Positions 9,199 through 19,155 of a DNA stretch of 64,000 nt are shown here, piece by piece. The number at the start of each line of letters is the position of its first letter. Within the stretch, counting starts at the first letter, position 1. Source of the DNA: an uncultured delta proteobacterium. GTDB lineage: Bacteria > Desulfobacterota > Binatia > UBA9968. Both the position numbers and the translations under genes were made by a program. The DNA lies in NCBI GenBank assembly GCA_963771465.1, contig CAVYTU010000017.1, positions 256,001 through 320,000 on the forward strand, read 5' to 3'. The notes beneath the pieces were generated by a model. The model had not been told where the DNA came from. It saw nothing but the letters and a program-made list of their open reading frames with translations, and searched no databases.

Positions 9199-10953
9199 AT
9201 GAGAACCATTGCCATCCCGCGTCCTAGCGTGCAGATCTTCAGCCGTATCAAAGGCAACTTCATCCCTTATGCGTTGACCGGCTTTTTGCTTTTCTTGATC
9301 ATCATTCCATTGGCGCGTTTGCTGCTCAGTAGCTTTCAATTGGGACATCCGGCGATCCCCGAAGGCTGGACGCTGCAAAACTATCTGACTGCCTACCAGA
9401 TGCCACTGTTCTATCAAGCGCTCGGCACGACGATCGTGATCTCAGCCATCGGCACGTTGCTGACGGTGGGGATCTCAGTAGGGTTCGCTTGGCTGATCGA
9501 ACGCACCGATATGCCGCTGCGTAATCTAGCTTGGGCCTTGATCTTGATTCCAATGGCGATACCGGGCGTTTTGTTCGCTCTCGGTTGGGCGCTCTTGCTG
9601 TCGCCCAAGACCGGCGTGTTGAATATCTTGCTGCGCAGCGGCCTCGATATTTTTGGGATTCAAGTCGACGCTGGGCCGCTGAATATTTATTCCGTCGGCG
9701 GGCTGATTTTTCTTGATGGCCTGCGGGGCGTGACCACCGTGTTTCTCATGGTCGTCGGCGCCTTTCGCATGATGGACCCAACCATGGAAGAAGCGGCGCG
9801 GGTGGCCAAAGCCAACGGCCGACGCGCGTTTTTCCAGGTGACCTTGCCGGCCTTGATGCCGGCGATTCTCGGCGCGGCGATCTATTCCTTTATCTCCAGC
9901 ATGGAGTCCTTCGAAGGCCCGCTCGCCATCGGACTGCCCGGCGGTATTTTCGTGCTGAGCACATTGATTTATTTCACCACGCGATTGCAGGCGCCGCTGG
10001 ATTACGGTTTGGGCGCGGTGTTCGGTGTCATATACATGGTGATGATGCTGGTCTTGCTCGCCGGCTATCGGCGCATCGTGCGCCACTCCGAGCGCTATTC
10101 GACGATAACCGGCAAAGGCTTTCGCCCGCGCGTGGTCTCCATCGGCAAATGGCGCTATCCGGCGCTCGGTATGTTCGTGTTGTACTTTCTAGTCACGGTG
10201 GGCGCGCCGTTCCTGGTTCTCCTGTGGGCATCCTTATTGCCCAGTTACCGCGTGCCGTCGGAGGAAGCGCTCAGTTTAGTCACGCTCAACAACTACGCGC
10301 AAATTTTTGCCATGCCGCGGATCGCCTCGACAGTTTGGAATACGCTGGTGCTGATGGTGCTTTCGGCCACCGCCACCATGTTGCTGGCGTTTTTCGTCTC
10401 ATGGATAATCGTGCGCACGGAGCTGCGCGGCCGTGGGACGCTCGATGCGGTGACGTTTTTTCCCCACGCCGTGCCCGGCATCGTCATCGCGCTCGCCTTG
10501 ATGATGGCTTACCTGAGCCCGCCGCTAAAATATTTAAGCATCTACGGCACGGTCTGGATTCTCGCCATGGGCTTTATCGTGAGTTACATCGCGTTCGCCA
10601 CGCGTTTGATGAACAGTTCGATCATTCAAGTGCAGAAGGAATTGGAACAGGCGGCCTATGTTTGCGGCGCGACGCCGACGCGGACGTTGATGGCAATTAC
10701 TTTGCCGCTGATCTTTCCCGCTTTTGCCGCGGGTTGGATTTGGGTTGCCGTGCATGTGCTGCGCGGTTTTTCCATTCCACTCATGTTATCGAGCAAGAAC
10801 AATCAGGTGTTTGCCGTTGCCCTGTGGGAGTTTTGGGATCGCGGCATGGTCTCCATGGCGTCCGCGCTGGGCGTCTTGCTTATTATTGTCTTAATTCCGA
10901 TGACGCTCATCATGCGCCGCTTCATCATGAGCGTAAGCGCCCAGGAAAGGTAG
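9199..10953 (+). CDS. ABC transporter permease, FbpB-type with two fused permease domains
   Basis: About 12 TM segments. Two EAA-type loops (MEEAARVAKA; LEQAAYVCGA). Confidence 0.9.
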   Translation: MRTIAIPRPSVQIFSRIKGNFIPYALTGFLLFLIIIPLARLLLSSFQLGHPAIPEGWTLQNYLTAYQMPLFYQALGTTIVISAIGTLLTVGISVGFAWLIERTDMPLRNLAWALILIPMAIPGVLFALGWALLLSPKTGVLNILLRSGLDIFGIQVDAGPLNIYSVGGLIFLDGLRGVTTVFLMVVGAFRMMDPTMEEAARVAKANGRRAFFQVTLPALMPAILGAAIYSFISSMESFEGPLAIGLPGGIFVLSTLIYFTTRLQAPLDYGLGAVFGVIYMVMMLVLLAGYRRIVRHSERYSTITGKGFRPRVVSIGKWRYPALGMFVLYFLVTVGAPFLVLLWASLLPSYRVPSEEALSLVTLNNYAQIFAMPRIASTVWNTLVLMVLSATATMLLAFFVSWIIVRTELRGRGTLDAVTFFPHAVPGIVIALALMMAYLSPPLKYLSIYGTVWILAMGFIVSYIAFATRLMNSSIIQVQKELEQAAYVCGATPTRTLMAITLPLIFPAFAAGWIWVAVHVLRGFSIPLMLSSKNNQVFAVALWEFWDRGMVSMASALGVLLIIVLIPMTLIMRRFIMSVSAQER

Positions 10954-10963
10954 CCCCCAGCCA

Positions 10964-12055
10964 ATGAAAGTTACTGTTACCGGTTTGGCCAAAACTTTTC
11001 GTACGATGGACGGCAAAGTCGACGCGATCCATGATCTGAATTTTGAAGTTCAGCCGGGCCAATTCTACACCCTGCTCGGGCCGAGCGGCTGCGGCAAGAG
11101 CACGACGCTGCGTTGCCTGGCCGGCCTGGAGCGGCCCGATGCAGGTGAGATTAGGATCGGCGATCAAATCGTTTCGTCCGCCAATGTGTTTCTGCCGCCC
11201 AACGAGCGGCCCATCGGCATGGTATTTCAATCCTATGCTATCTGGCCGCATATGACGGTCTTCAACAACGTCGCTTTTCCGCTGAAGCAGCAAAAGGTGC
11301 CCAAGGCCGAACGCGAGCGCTTGGTCATGGAAGCGTTGTCGTTGGTGCAGATGGCCGAGCTCGCGCCGCGGCCGGCGCCCAATTTGAGCGGTGGCCAGCA
11401 ACAGCGCGTCGCGTTGGCGCGCGCACTCGTTTCCAAACCGCAGGTGCTGTTGTTGGACGAGCCGCTGAGTAATCTCGATGCCAAGCTGCGCGAGGAGTTA
11501 CGCTTCGAAATCAAAGAATTGTTGCGCCGATTGGGCATCACGGCGCTCTATGTCACGCACGATCAGGCTGAAGCGTTGACCATGTCGGACCGCGTCGCCG
11601 TGATGTTCGGTGGGCAAATTCTCCAAGAGGCGAGCCCGCGGGAACTCTATCTCAAACCCAGCGCCAAGTTCGTCGCCCAATTCATCGGCCAGGTAAATTT
11701 TTTCGCCGGGAAAATTGCGCCGGGCTCAGCCAACGGCATGGGCGTGGTGCAAACCGCTCAGGGCGATTTTCATTGCGCGTTGTCGCCGACTTTGCAGAGT
11801 GGCAGTAGCGCATTGGTGGCCGTGCGGCCGGAAAGCATCATGGTGTCAGCCGAACAGCCGGCGAATGGCTTCAATGTGCTGCGCGGACAAGTCGAGAAGA
11901 GCGTATTTCTCGGCGACTTTATCGACTGCCAGATTCGCGTCGGCGAACAACTCGTTCACGTCAAGCTGGCGCCGACCAGCGATCTGAGCGACGCCGACAA
12001 AGTGTTTTTGCAATTCGCCGCGCACGCGTGCATCGTTCTGCCCACCGCGGATTAG
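10964..12055 (+). CDS. ABC transporter ATP-binding protein (FbpC/PotA family, TOBE domain)
   Basis: Walker A GPSGCGKS, signature LSGGQQQR, Walker B LLLDE, YVTHD. Confidence 0.95.
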   Translation: MKVTVTGLAKTFRTMDGKVDAIHDLNFEVQPGQFYTLLGPSGCGKSTTLRCLAGLERPDAGEIRIGDQIVSSANVFLPPNERPIGMVFQSYAIWPHMTVFNNVAFPLKQQKVPKAERERLVMEALSLVQMAELAPRPAPNLSGGQQQRVALARALVSKPQVLLLDEPLSNLDAKLREELRFEIKELLRRLGITALYVTHDQAEALTMSDRVAVMFGGQILQEASPRELYLKPSAKFVAQFIGQVNFFAGKIAPGSANGMGVVQTAQGDFHCALSPTLQSGSSALVAVRPESIMVSAEQPANGFNVLRGQVEKSVFLGDFIDCQIRVGEQLVHVKLAPTSDLSDADKVFLQFAAHACIVLPTAD

Positions 12056-12088
12056 ACTTTGAAATGAATCGGCATCGGCTATTGGCGC

Positions 12089-12142
12089 AAATCCCCCTCC
12101 TCTTTCCTCCCCCGCATTGCGGGGGAGGATGAAGATGGGGGT
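12089..12142. repeat. REP-like GC-rich palindrome
   Basis: CCCCCTCCTCTTTCCTCCCCCGCATTGCGGGGGAGGATGAAGATGGGGG forms a stem-loop in the intergenic spacer. Confidence 0.65.
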
Positions 12143-12171
12143 ACGCGTTCAATCGTAATGGAGAAAGGTTC

Positions 12172-13875
12172 ATGGCTACTCGCAAGAGTAAACCGCTGAC
12201 TCGGCGCGAGTTTATTGCGAATGCTACATTGGCGGCCGTCGGTCTCAGCATTTCTTCGCGCGCCAAGCCATTGTTCGCCGCGCAAACCGGGCAGAAGCGG
12301 TTAATGATGATGGGCGGCCGGCGCACGGCCGGCTTTGCCAATCATGGGCGATCGGACACCGAGCTTACCGGTTTAGTCGATGCCGGACTGGCGGGACAGA
12401 ATCCGATTACCCTGGAGCGCTTTCCGTTGCTCGCAGAGGAGCTGCCTTCGGTCAACAAGGGAACGTGGAAGATCGACCGGCAAAAGAAAACCATGGTTAC
12501 GGTTTACCGTCTGCGTCCCGGTCTCAAGTGGTCCGACGGCAAGCCGCATACGGCGCAGGATTTCAAGTTCGGTTGGGAGGTGCACCGTCATCCGGAGTTC
12601 CCGCTGCGCGATCGCTTGGTGCCGGATATGATCGAAAAGATCGAAACCCCCGACGACCGCACCATCGCGATTCACTGGAAGGCGCTCTACACCGAGGCCC
12701 ACGCGATTCAAAAGCAGCAACTGCGCGCCTGGCCGCGCCATATTCTCCAAGATGCGTTTCAGGCGGGAGATATCAAAGGCTTGGTGCGCGACGCCTACTG
12801 GAATCAAAAATTTGTCGGCACCGGGCCGTACCGCTTGCTCGACTGGGGCGGCGGCGCGCAGATCGAAGCCGAGGCCAATCCGTATTACGCGCTGGGTAAA
12901 CCGAAAATCGATCGGGTAACATTCAAAGTCGTCGAAGACAGCAATACCGCGCTTTCCGCCATGCTCGCCGGGGAGGTGGATTTTGCCCTGCGCGATACAC
13001 TGTCATTCGACGGCGCGCTGGTCTTGAAAGAACAGTGGGAGGCCAAAGGACTCGGCACGATCAGCATCCGGCCAATCACATTTCGCTGGCTCAATCTGAG
13101 CGGCACCAATCCGCTCTTCAAAGACGTACGCGTCAAGCGCGCCCTGCTCCACGCCATTGACCGCAACACCATGGTGAACAATATTTTCCGCGGCGTGGCG
13201 CCAATCATTCACTTTCCACTGTCGCCGTTTCGCAAGGCCTATAAGCGCGCCGATCAGGCGGCGCTGAAATACGAGTACAACGTCGACAAGGCAAAGCAGC
13301 TTTTGGGCGAAGCCGGCTTCACCACCGGTTCCGACGGAGTGTTGGCGAACGCCAAGGGCGAACGTATGGAGTTCGAGTTCCGTACCGAAGCGGGCAGCCG
13401 GGAAGACGAACAAGCGCAGGCGATCATCGTCGATTACTGGAAAAAAATCGGCGTGCGGGCGCAGATCAAAAACCTGGCGCCGCGGGTATTCAATTCCGAG
13501 GAGTTTCGTAACCGCTGGCCCGGCGCGGCCCTGGGCGGGCAAAATCTCGTCGTCGAAGAGTGGGCCGAGCGTTTTCACAGCGCCGGTACGCCCACCGCGG
13601 AAAATCGCTGGGCATCGGAGTCGGTCTCGCTCTGGCAGAATCCTCAAGCGGACAAGATCATGGACGAGCTGAATACGATCATTCCCGAAGCGCGGGCCAC
13701 CGACCTGCAAGTGGAGTTTGTGAAATTATTCACCCGCGACTTGCCATACTTGCCGCTCTACTACCGGCTTGAATGGCTGGCCATCCGAAAAGGGCTGAGC
13801 GGCATCACGCCGCGCATCGAAAGCGGCGGGCAAAATATGAACACCTGGAATATGCATCTGTGGGACAAAACTTAG
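12172..13875 (+). CDS. Peptide/nickel ABC transporter substrate-binding protein (family 5), Tat signal
   Basis: TRREFI Tat motif, LRPGLKWSDG, VGTGPY. Clear paralog of 3255..4959. Confidence 0.9.
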   Translation: MATRKSKPLTRREFIANATLAAVGLSISSRAKPLFAAQTGQKRLMMMGGRRTAGFANHGRSDTELTGLVDAGLAGQNPITLERFPLLAEELPSVNKGTWKIDRQKKTMVTVYRLRPGLKWSDGKPHTAQDFKFGWEVHRHPEFPLRDRLVPDMIEKIETPDDRTIAIHWKALYTEAHAIQKQQLRAWPRHILQDAFQAGDIKGLVRDAYWNQKFVGTGPYRLLDWGGGAQIEAEANPYYALGKPKIDRVTFKVVEDSNTALSAMLAGEVDFALRDTLSFDGALVLKEQWEAKGLGTISIRPITFRWLNLSGTNPLFKDVRVKRALLHAIDRNTMVNNIFRGVAPIIHFPLSPFRKAYKRADQAALKYEYNVDKAKQLLGEAGFTTGSDGVLANAKGERMEFEFRTEAGSREDEQAQAIIVDYWKKIGVRAQIKNLAPRVFNSEEFRNRWPGAALGGQNLVVEEWAERFHSAGTPTAENRWASESVSLWQNPQADKIMDELNTIIPEARATDLQVEFVKLFTRDLPYLPLYYRLEWLAIRKGLSGITPRIESGGQNMNTWNMHLWDKT

Positions 13876-13899
13876 GTTCCGAGTTTACCGAAACATTTC

Positions 13900-14871
13900 A
13901 TGCTCCACTATCTGCTCCGCCGGACCTATCAGCTCGTGCCGCTGCTGCTGGTCATTTCGGCGTTCATCTATTTGCTGCTTTATCTCATGCCGGGCGATCC
14001 GCTCTATCGGATGCTCGAAGACGTCCCTAACCTGCGGCCGCAAGACTATGAGCGGTTGCGCAAGATCTACGGCCTGGACGATCCGGTTTACATTCAATAC
14101 TGGAAATGGCTCTGGCAATTGATCCTGCTCAACCCCGGCTACTCGCGCGAGTATGGCCAGCCGGTGATCGAGATCATCCTGCCGGCGCTGAAAAATACCT
14201 TGGTGTTGACCATTAGCGCCGTGGTGATCGGCAAAGTTCTGGCGATTCTGTTGGGAATTTTTTCCGCCGTACGGCAATATTCCATCGGCGACTACATTCT
14301 CACGGCGGTGACTTTTATCTCTTACTCCGTGCCGGCGTTTTGGCTCGGCCTCATGTTGATCATTTTATTTTCCGTTAAGCTCGGTTGGCTGCCGACTTCC
14401 GGCATCGCCGATAGCAATCTGGTGGCCGGTAGCTGGGAAGCGTGGTGGGACTACCTCAAGCATATGATTTTGCCGGTGGCGGTGTTGGCCATTTCGGAAA
14501 TCATCCAGGTGCAGCGTTTCATGCGCTCCAGTTTGTTGGAAGTGCTGCGCCAGGATTACTTAACCACCGCGCGCGCCAAAGGTTTGAGCGAACCGGTCGT
14601 CATCGGCCGTCACGCGCTCAAGAATGCGCTGATTCCGGTGGTGACGATCATCGCCGTGACCATGCCCCGCGTGGTTGGCGGCTCGACGGTGGTCGAAACC
14701 GTGTTCGCCTATCCCGGCATGGGCCGGCTGCTGTTTACGTCGATCATGGCCAATGACTACGTCGTGGCGATGACCGTGGTCATGATCATCGCGGTGACCG
14801 TGGTGTTTTTTAATTTGCTGGCGGACGTGATTTACGGCTGGCTCGATCCGCGCATTCGCTATCAGAGTTGA
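13900..14871 (+). CDS. Peptide ABC permease, DppB/OppB family
   Basis: MPGDP, YGLDDP, QDYLTTARAKGL (EAA loop), ETVFAYPGMG, LDPRIR. Confidence 0.95.
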   Translation: MLHYLLRRTYQLVPLLLVISAFIYLLLYLMPGDPLYRMLEDVPNLRPQDYERLRKIYGLDDPVYIQYWKWLWQLILLNPGYSREYGQPVIEIILPALKNTLVLTISAVVIGKVLAILLGIFSAVRQYSIGDYILTAVTFISYSVPAFWLGLMLIILFSVKLGWLPTSGIADSNLVAGSWEAWWDYLKHMILPVAVLAISEIIQVQRFMRSSLLEVLRQDYLTTARAKGLSEPVVIGRHALKNALIPVVTIIAVTMPRVVGGSTVVETVFAYPGMGRLLFTSIMANDYVVAMTVVMIIAVTVVFFNLLADVIYGWLDPRIRYQS

Positions 14872-14874
14872 AAA

Positions 14875-15789
14875 ATGGCTGATCACGTTACTAGCATCAC
14901 CGATAGCCAAGCGCTGCTCGCCCACGCTGCCGAACCACATCCGAGCTATTGGCGCGTGGTCTGGCGCCGCTTCAAGCAGCACCGCGTCGCCTACGTCGGT
15001 TTCTTTTTTTTCATGTTTCTGCTTTTTCTCGTCGTCGCCGGTCCGTACATGGTGCCCTACGAGCTTGATCAAGTATCGCTGGCGGAACGCATGCACATGC
15101 CGTCGGCGCGACACTGGTTCGGCACCGATGAGTTGGGGCGCGATACCTGGGTGCGCATCATGCACGGTGGGCGCGTCTCGCTCACCGTCGGCTTGATCGT
15201 TGGTTTCAGCACCGTCATTCTCGGCGGCCTGATCGGCATACTTGCCGGTTACGTCGGCGGCTTCGTGGACAATGCCTTGATGCGCTTGGTTGACACCATC
15301 TACACGATCCCGCGCATCGTCTTACTATTGGTTCTATCGAAACTCGCCGGGCCGGGGTTGCTCAACATCATCATCATCCTCGTCGCGTTGGAGTGGACCA
15401 ACGCGGCGCGCTTGGCGCGCAGCGCCGTGTTGTCGTTTCGCGAGCAAGAGTTCGTCCTCGCCGCTCAATGTCTCGGGGCGTCGCGCTGGCGCGTCATGCT
15501 GCGCCATCTGCTGCCGAATTCTCTCGCGCCGCTGATCGTCGCCGCGACGCTGGATGCCGGCGCCGCCATTCGCGCCGAAACCACGCTGAGCTTTCTCGGT
15601 CTGGGCATTCAACCCCCGACGCCGAGCTGGGGCAATTTGCTGACCAATGCCGCGACGAATATTTTCATCGCACCGCTGCAAGTATTCCTGCCGGGATTGT
15701 TTATTTTCTTCGCGTTGATGAGCTTCAACCTGCTCGGCGACGCGCTGCGCGATGCGCTCGATCCGCGCTTGTCGAAAACAAGGGGATAA
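14875..15789 (+). CDS. Peptide ABC permease, DppC/OppC family
   Basis: HWFGTDELGRD, RHLLPN, LSFLGLG, PSWG, GDALRDALDPR. Confidence 0.95.
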   Translation: MADHVTSITDSQALLAHAAEPHPSYWRVVWRRFKQHRVAYVGFFFFMFLLFLVVAGPYMVPYELDQVSLAERMHMPSARHWFGTDELGRDTWVRIMHGGRVSLTVGLIVGFSTVILGGLIGILAGYVGGFVDNALMRLVDTIYTIPRIVLLLVLSKLAGPGLLNIIIILVALEWTNAARLARSAVLSFREQEFVLAAQCLGASRWRVMLRHLLPNSLAPLIVAATLDAGAAIRAETTLSFLGLGIQPPTPSWGNLLTNAATNIFIAPLQVFLPGLFIFFALMSFNLLGDALRDALDPRLSKTRG

Positions 15790-15799
15790 AGAACGGGTC

Positions 15800-15882
15800 G
15801 AGGGTGGAGGATTGAAGATCGAGGATGGAAAAATCGAAGATCGCCAGACAACGATTGCGATCATCCATCTTCTATCCTCCAT
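15800..15882. repeat. Heptamer (GAGGATG/GAAGATC-like) tandem repeat with inverted complement
   Basis: GAGGGTG GAGGATT GAAGATC GAGGATG ... CCATCTT CTATCCT CCATC, between convergent genes. Confidence 0.6.
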
Positions 15883-15890
15883 CATTGACC

Positions 15891-17198
15891 CTATTTCATT
15901 TTCGGTCTGACCGCATTCCACGGTTTTATCAGCAGTGCGGTCAGCGCTGAGCCCAGTAGTAGCGTTGCGATCAATCCCCACAAACTCGTAGCGTAGCTTT
16001 GGTCGCGGTCGTAGGCCGCGCCGGCGATTACCGGTCCGAGGACGCTGCCCCAGGTGTAAAAAAACGACATGGTGCCGCGAATCGTCGCAAAGTTTTTGCG
16101 GCCATAAAAATCGCCGATGGTCGCCCAGACGACTGGGAACGATGAGTCGATGGTTGTGAACAAAATGGTAAACACCCAGAGCGGCCAAACGCCGCTGCCC
16201 CAGATCAGCACTAATATCCCAGCCGCGGCCGCGACGCCGCAAAACGACAAAAGCTTGGGCCGATTGGTGTTATCGGCGAACCAACCGATTGCATAGTGTG
16301 CCGCCCAATTTAAAAAGGCGAAGCTGGCGAGTAGGAATGCCGCGCTTTCTTGCGACAAGCCTTTCCAAACCATGATCGGGACGAAGTGCACGGTAATCGT
16401 GCTATAGGCACCGACGCGTACCGTCATGGCGATGGTGAAGAGCCAAAACACCCAGGTCTTCATCGCTTGGCGCAAAGTCGGATCTTCGCGCGCCGACGGC
16501 TGAGTAGCGCCGTCAAGCGTGTCTTTGTCATTGGATGGAGACGCGACCGGCGCTTCGCCATCGGGGTGTAGCCCGATGCTTTCCGGGGTCGAGCGCACGC
16601 CGATGCCGAGCGGAATCCCGACGATGATAAACAGCGTTCCAGCGAGGATCGCGCCCCAGCGCCAACCCCAAGATTGCACCGCCAGCGCCAATAGCGGCGT
16701 GATCAAGGTGCCGCCGATGGGTACCGCCGAACTGATCACGGTCATCGCCCGAGCACGCCAGCGGATGAACCAGGTATTGCCTATGGCCATCGGCGCGTGG
16801 ACGAAGCCGGGAGTATATGAGAGCGAGATCAAGCCCAGGTAGACAATCAGAAACGCCGTGTAGCTTTGCACCCAGCCCAGTGCGATATAACCGAGCCCCG
16901 TGAGTAACGTCGCAATCAAGATCATCGGCCGCGGGCCAAAGCGATCGATGAAGTAACCGACGAACGGTCCTTCAATCGCGCCCTGCGCGCGCGCCAGCGA
17001 GAACGCCAACGACGTCTCAGCGCGGCTCAATCCCAAGTCTTGGCTTATGGGAAGAAAAAAAACCGTGAAGCCAAAGTTATGCAGCCCGCCGCCGACCACG
17101 CGCAGTGCGGACACCAATCCGACCATGCGCCAGCCGTAGAAAGATTCAGAGAGAAGTTTGCGAAAACGTTGCAGCGCTATACCTCGATGTCGATTCAA
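15891..17198 (-). CDS. MFS transporter (MCT/OFA-like); start uncertain
   Basis: FYGW N-terminus, GYFIDRFGPR motif A, DFYGRKNFATIRG, about 12 TM segments. Confidence 0.85.
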   Translation of the reverse strand: MNRHRGIALQRFRKLLSESFYGWRMVGLVSALRVVGGGLHNFGFTVFFLPISQDLGLSRAETSLAFSLARAQGAIEGPFVGYFIDRFGPRPMILIATLLTGLGYIALGWVQSYTAFLIVYLGLISLSYTPGFVHAPMAIGNTWFIRWRARAMTVISSAVPIGGTLITPLLALAVQSWGWRWGAILAGTLFIIVGIPLGIGVRSTPESIGLHPDGEAPVASPSNDKDTLDGATQPSAREDPTLRQAMKTWVFWLFTIAMTVRVGAYSTITVHFVPIMVWKGLSQESAAFLLASFAFLNWAAHYAIGWFADNTNRPKLLSFCGVAAAAGILVLIWGSGVWPLWVFTILFTTIDSSFPVVWATIGDFYGRKNFATIRGTMSFFYTWGSVLGPVIAGAAYDRDQSYATSLWGLIATLLLGSALTALLIKPWNAVRPKMK

Positions 17199-17405
17199 TG
17201 CTTGTCCGTTTTTCCCAGATGTGTCCAACGAACACAAGAACAAAATTGAATTCTCGTCTACGCGTCGATGATGGCGCAGTGAGAGAATCGTCCGAGTGAT
17301 AAAAAAATATGAGTGGGGGCGCTCAATTTTGACACTGCACACCGTCGCTGGGAATCAAAAGAGCGATTCAGTTCAGAATTAAGTCAAACGCAACGGCGTG
17401 TCACG

Positions 17406-17435
17406 TTGACACCCGAAAGGCGGTTGTAATAAGTT
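17406..17435 (+). promoter_or_regulatory. Putative sigma70 promoter for the EmrBA-like operon
   Basis: TTGACA-N18-TAAGTT, about 70 nt upstream of ATG 17503. Confidence 0.4.
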
Positions 17436-17502
17436 GAGTTGAAACCCGACCTTCGCCGCAGCCGCGAATTCTGGATCGAGTCTCAGTCAACGGTTTCCTA
17501 GC

Positions 17503-19155
17503 ATGATCGCATTTACACAACTCTCCGTGTCGCGTGACAGCCCGTCGTATAAGTGGTGGATGGGCATTGCTCTGGCGATCGGCTCGACAACCGTCAGTTT
17601 TGCCGAGCGCATGATCGAGATTGCGATTCCGCAGATCATGGTAGCGATGGGTGTAAGCCTGGACAAAGTGCAGTGGGTTCGCACGGGTCCTGCCATAGTC
17701 AGGACCATTTTGGGTCCGATGGTCGGCTGGCTCGTGGGCATCTTCGGCACGCGCCCGCTTTATCTTGCAACGTTCGTGCTTTACATCATCTGCTCGGGTT
17801 TTGCCGGATCATCGTGGAGCCTGGGCGTGTTGATTTTTTTTCTGACACTGAAAAACGCCGGCGGTGGTCTCAGGCAACCGCTATCGATGTCGCTGATGTA
17901 CCGCGCGTTTCCGGAGCAGCAGCGTGGCCTGGCGATGGGGCTTTACCAAGCCAGCCATATGGTCGGCCCGCTGATGGCGCCGCTTGTCGGCGGCTGGCTG
18001 GTGGAAACCTTTGGTTGGCGGTCAGTATTCTACGTCAACATTCCCATCAATTTTGTTTCGTTGCTTCTGATCATGATGGTCTTGCCGCGTGAACTTGGCG
18101 ATGAGAAACGATCAAAGCCGGCCTCGGTGGACTTCATCGGTTTGGGCGCTATGTCGCTGGGTCTGAGCACTTTGGTTTGGGCGGTCAACAACGGCACCGA
18201 ATGGGGTTGGAGTTCCACCCACATCTTGAGCCTCTTTGGCATCGCCGCGGTTTCACTCGTTGGGCTCATCTTCGCTGAGCTGAAGACGCAGTACCCGGTC
18301 TTTGAAGTACGAGTTTTCCAAAATCTATCTTTTACACTGTCGTTCCTGGCGCGCCTTCTCAACACCGCGATTTTCCAAAGCACGAATTTTATATTTGGGA
18401 TTTTCTTGCAGCGTGAGCTGCGCTTTTCGCCGCTCCAGGCGGGCCAGCGGCTGGTGCCGATGGCGGTAACTTCCGGCATGGGCGCACTCGGTTTCGGCAT
18501 GCTCGCCGACAAGATACAGACACCGGCGGTGGTGGCGCTCTCGGTCATGGCTGCGTCGATTACAATGTATTTCTATACCGGATTAGATGTAGGTGCGACG
18601 TTGCTCCACATCGTCACGTTGACGGCGATGCAAAGTTTTTTTCGCTCCGGCACCCAAGCAACCATGACGACGATGGGGCTAGACACGCTGCCGCCGGAGC
18701 AAACTACTTTGGGTGCGGGTATGGACACTCTGGCGCGCAATCTCGGCAACACTGCCGGCGTGCCTTTGATGACAACTTATGTCGTTCACAGAGAGTTGTC
18801 GCACCTGACCAAAATGATGCGCATTCAATCCCTCGATCGTGACGGTCCCAGAGAGGCCATGGAAACGATGCAAAGAGCATACTCACAAGCCGGACAGCCG
18901 CTCGACGAAGCGCGGGTGAGATCCCAAGGAATGTTGAGAAATCAATTAATCCAGCGGGCGACGATCGAGGCTTATCACGATAGTTTTCGTCTGGTTTCAA
19001 TCGCCGGCTTGCTGCTCGTGCCAATGGTGCTATTGATTAGGGGCCGGCCGCGTCGGAAAGAAACGTCCGTGAGCTTCGAGTCGGAGCCGTCGGCCAAACC
19101 ATTTGAAGCACTCCAAATGCGCGCAAAAGAACTGCACGGGAAGAAGGATTCTTGA
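17503..19155 (+). CDS. DHA2/EmrB-type MFS efflux permease
   Basis: 14-TM pattern, GPLMAPLVGGWLVETFGWRSVFYVNIP, AYHDSF tail. Overlaps the next gene. Confidence 0.9.
   Translation: MIAFTQLSVSRDSPSYKWWMGIALAIGSTTVSFAERMIEIAIPQIMVAMGVSLDKVQWVRTGPAIVRTILGPMVGWLVGIFGTRPLYLATFVLYIICSGFAGSSWSLGVLIFFLTLKNAGGGLRQPLSMSLMYRAFPEQQRGLAMGLYQASHMVGPLMAPLVGGWLVETFGWRSVFYVNIPINFVSLLLIMMVLPRELGDEKRSKPASVDFIGLGAMSLGLSTLVWAVNNGTEWGWSSTHILSLFGIAAVSLVGLIFAELKTQYPVFEVRVFQNLSFTLSFLARLLNTAIFQSTNFIFGIFLQRELRFSPLQAGQRLVPMAVTSGMGALGFGMLADKIQTPAVVALSVMAASITMYFYTGLDVGATLLHIVTLTAMQSFFRSGTQATMTTMGLDTLPPEQTTLGAGMDTLARNLGNTAGVPLMTTYVVHRELSHLTKMMRIQSLDRDGPREAMETMQRAYSQAGQPLDEARVRSQGMLRNQLIQRATIEAYHDSFRLVSIAGLLLVPMVLLIRGRPRRKETSVSFESEPSAKPFEALQMRAKELHGKKDS

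Noticed and set aside
10149-10967. 272-aa alternative-frame ORF within the permease
   Set aside because: Arg/Ala-rich off-frame composition, fully overlapping a clear CDS.
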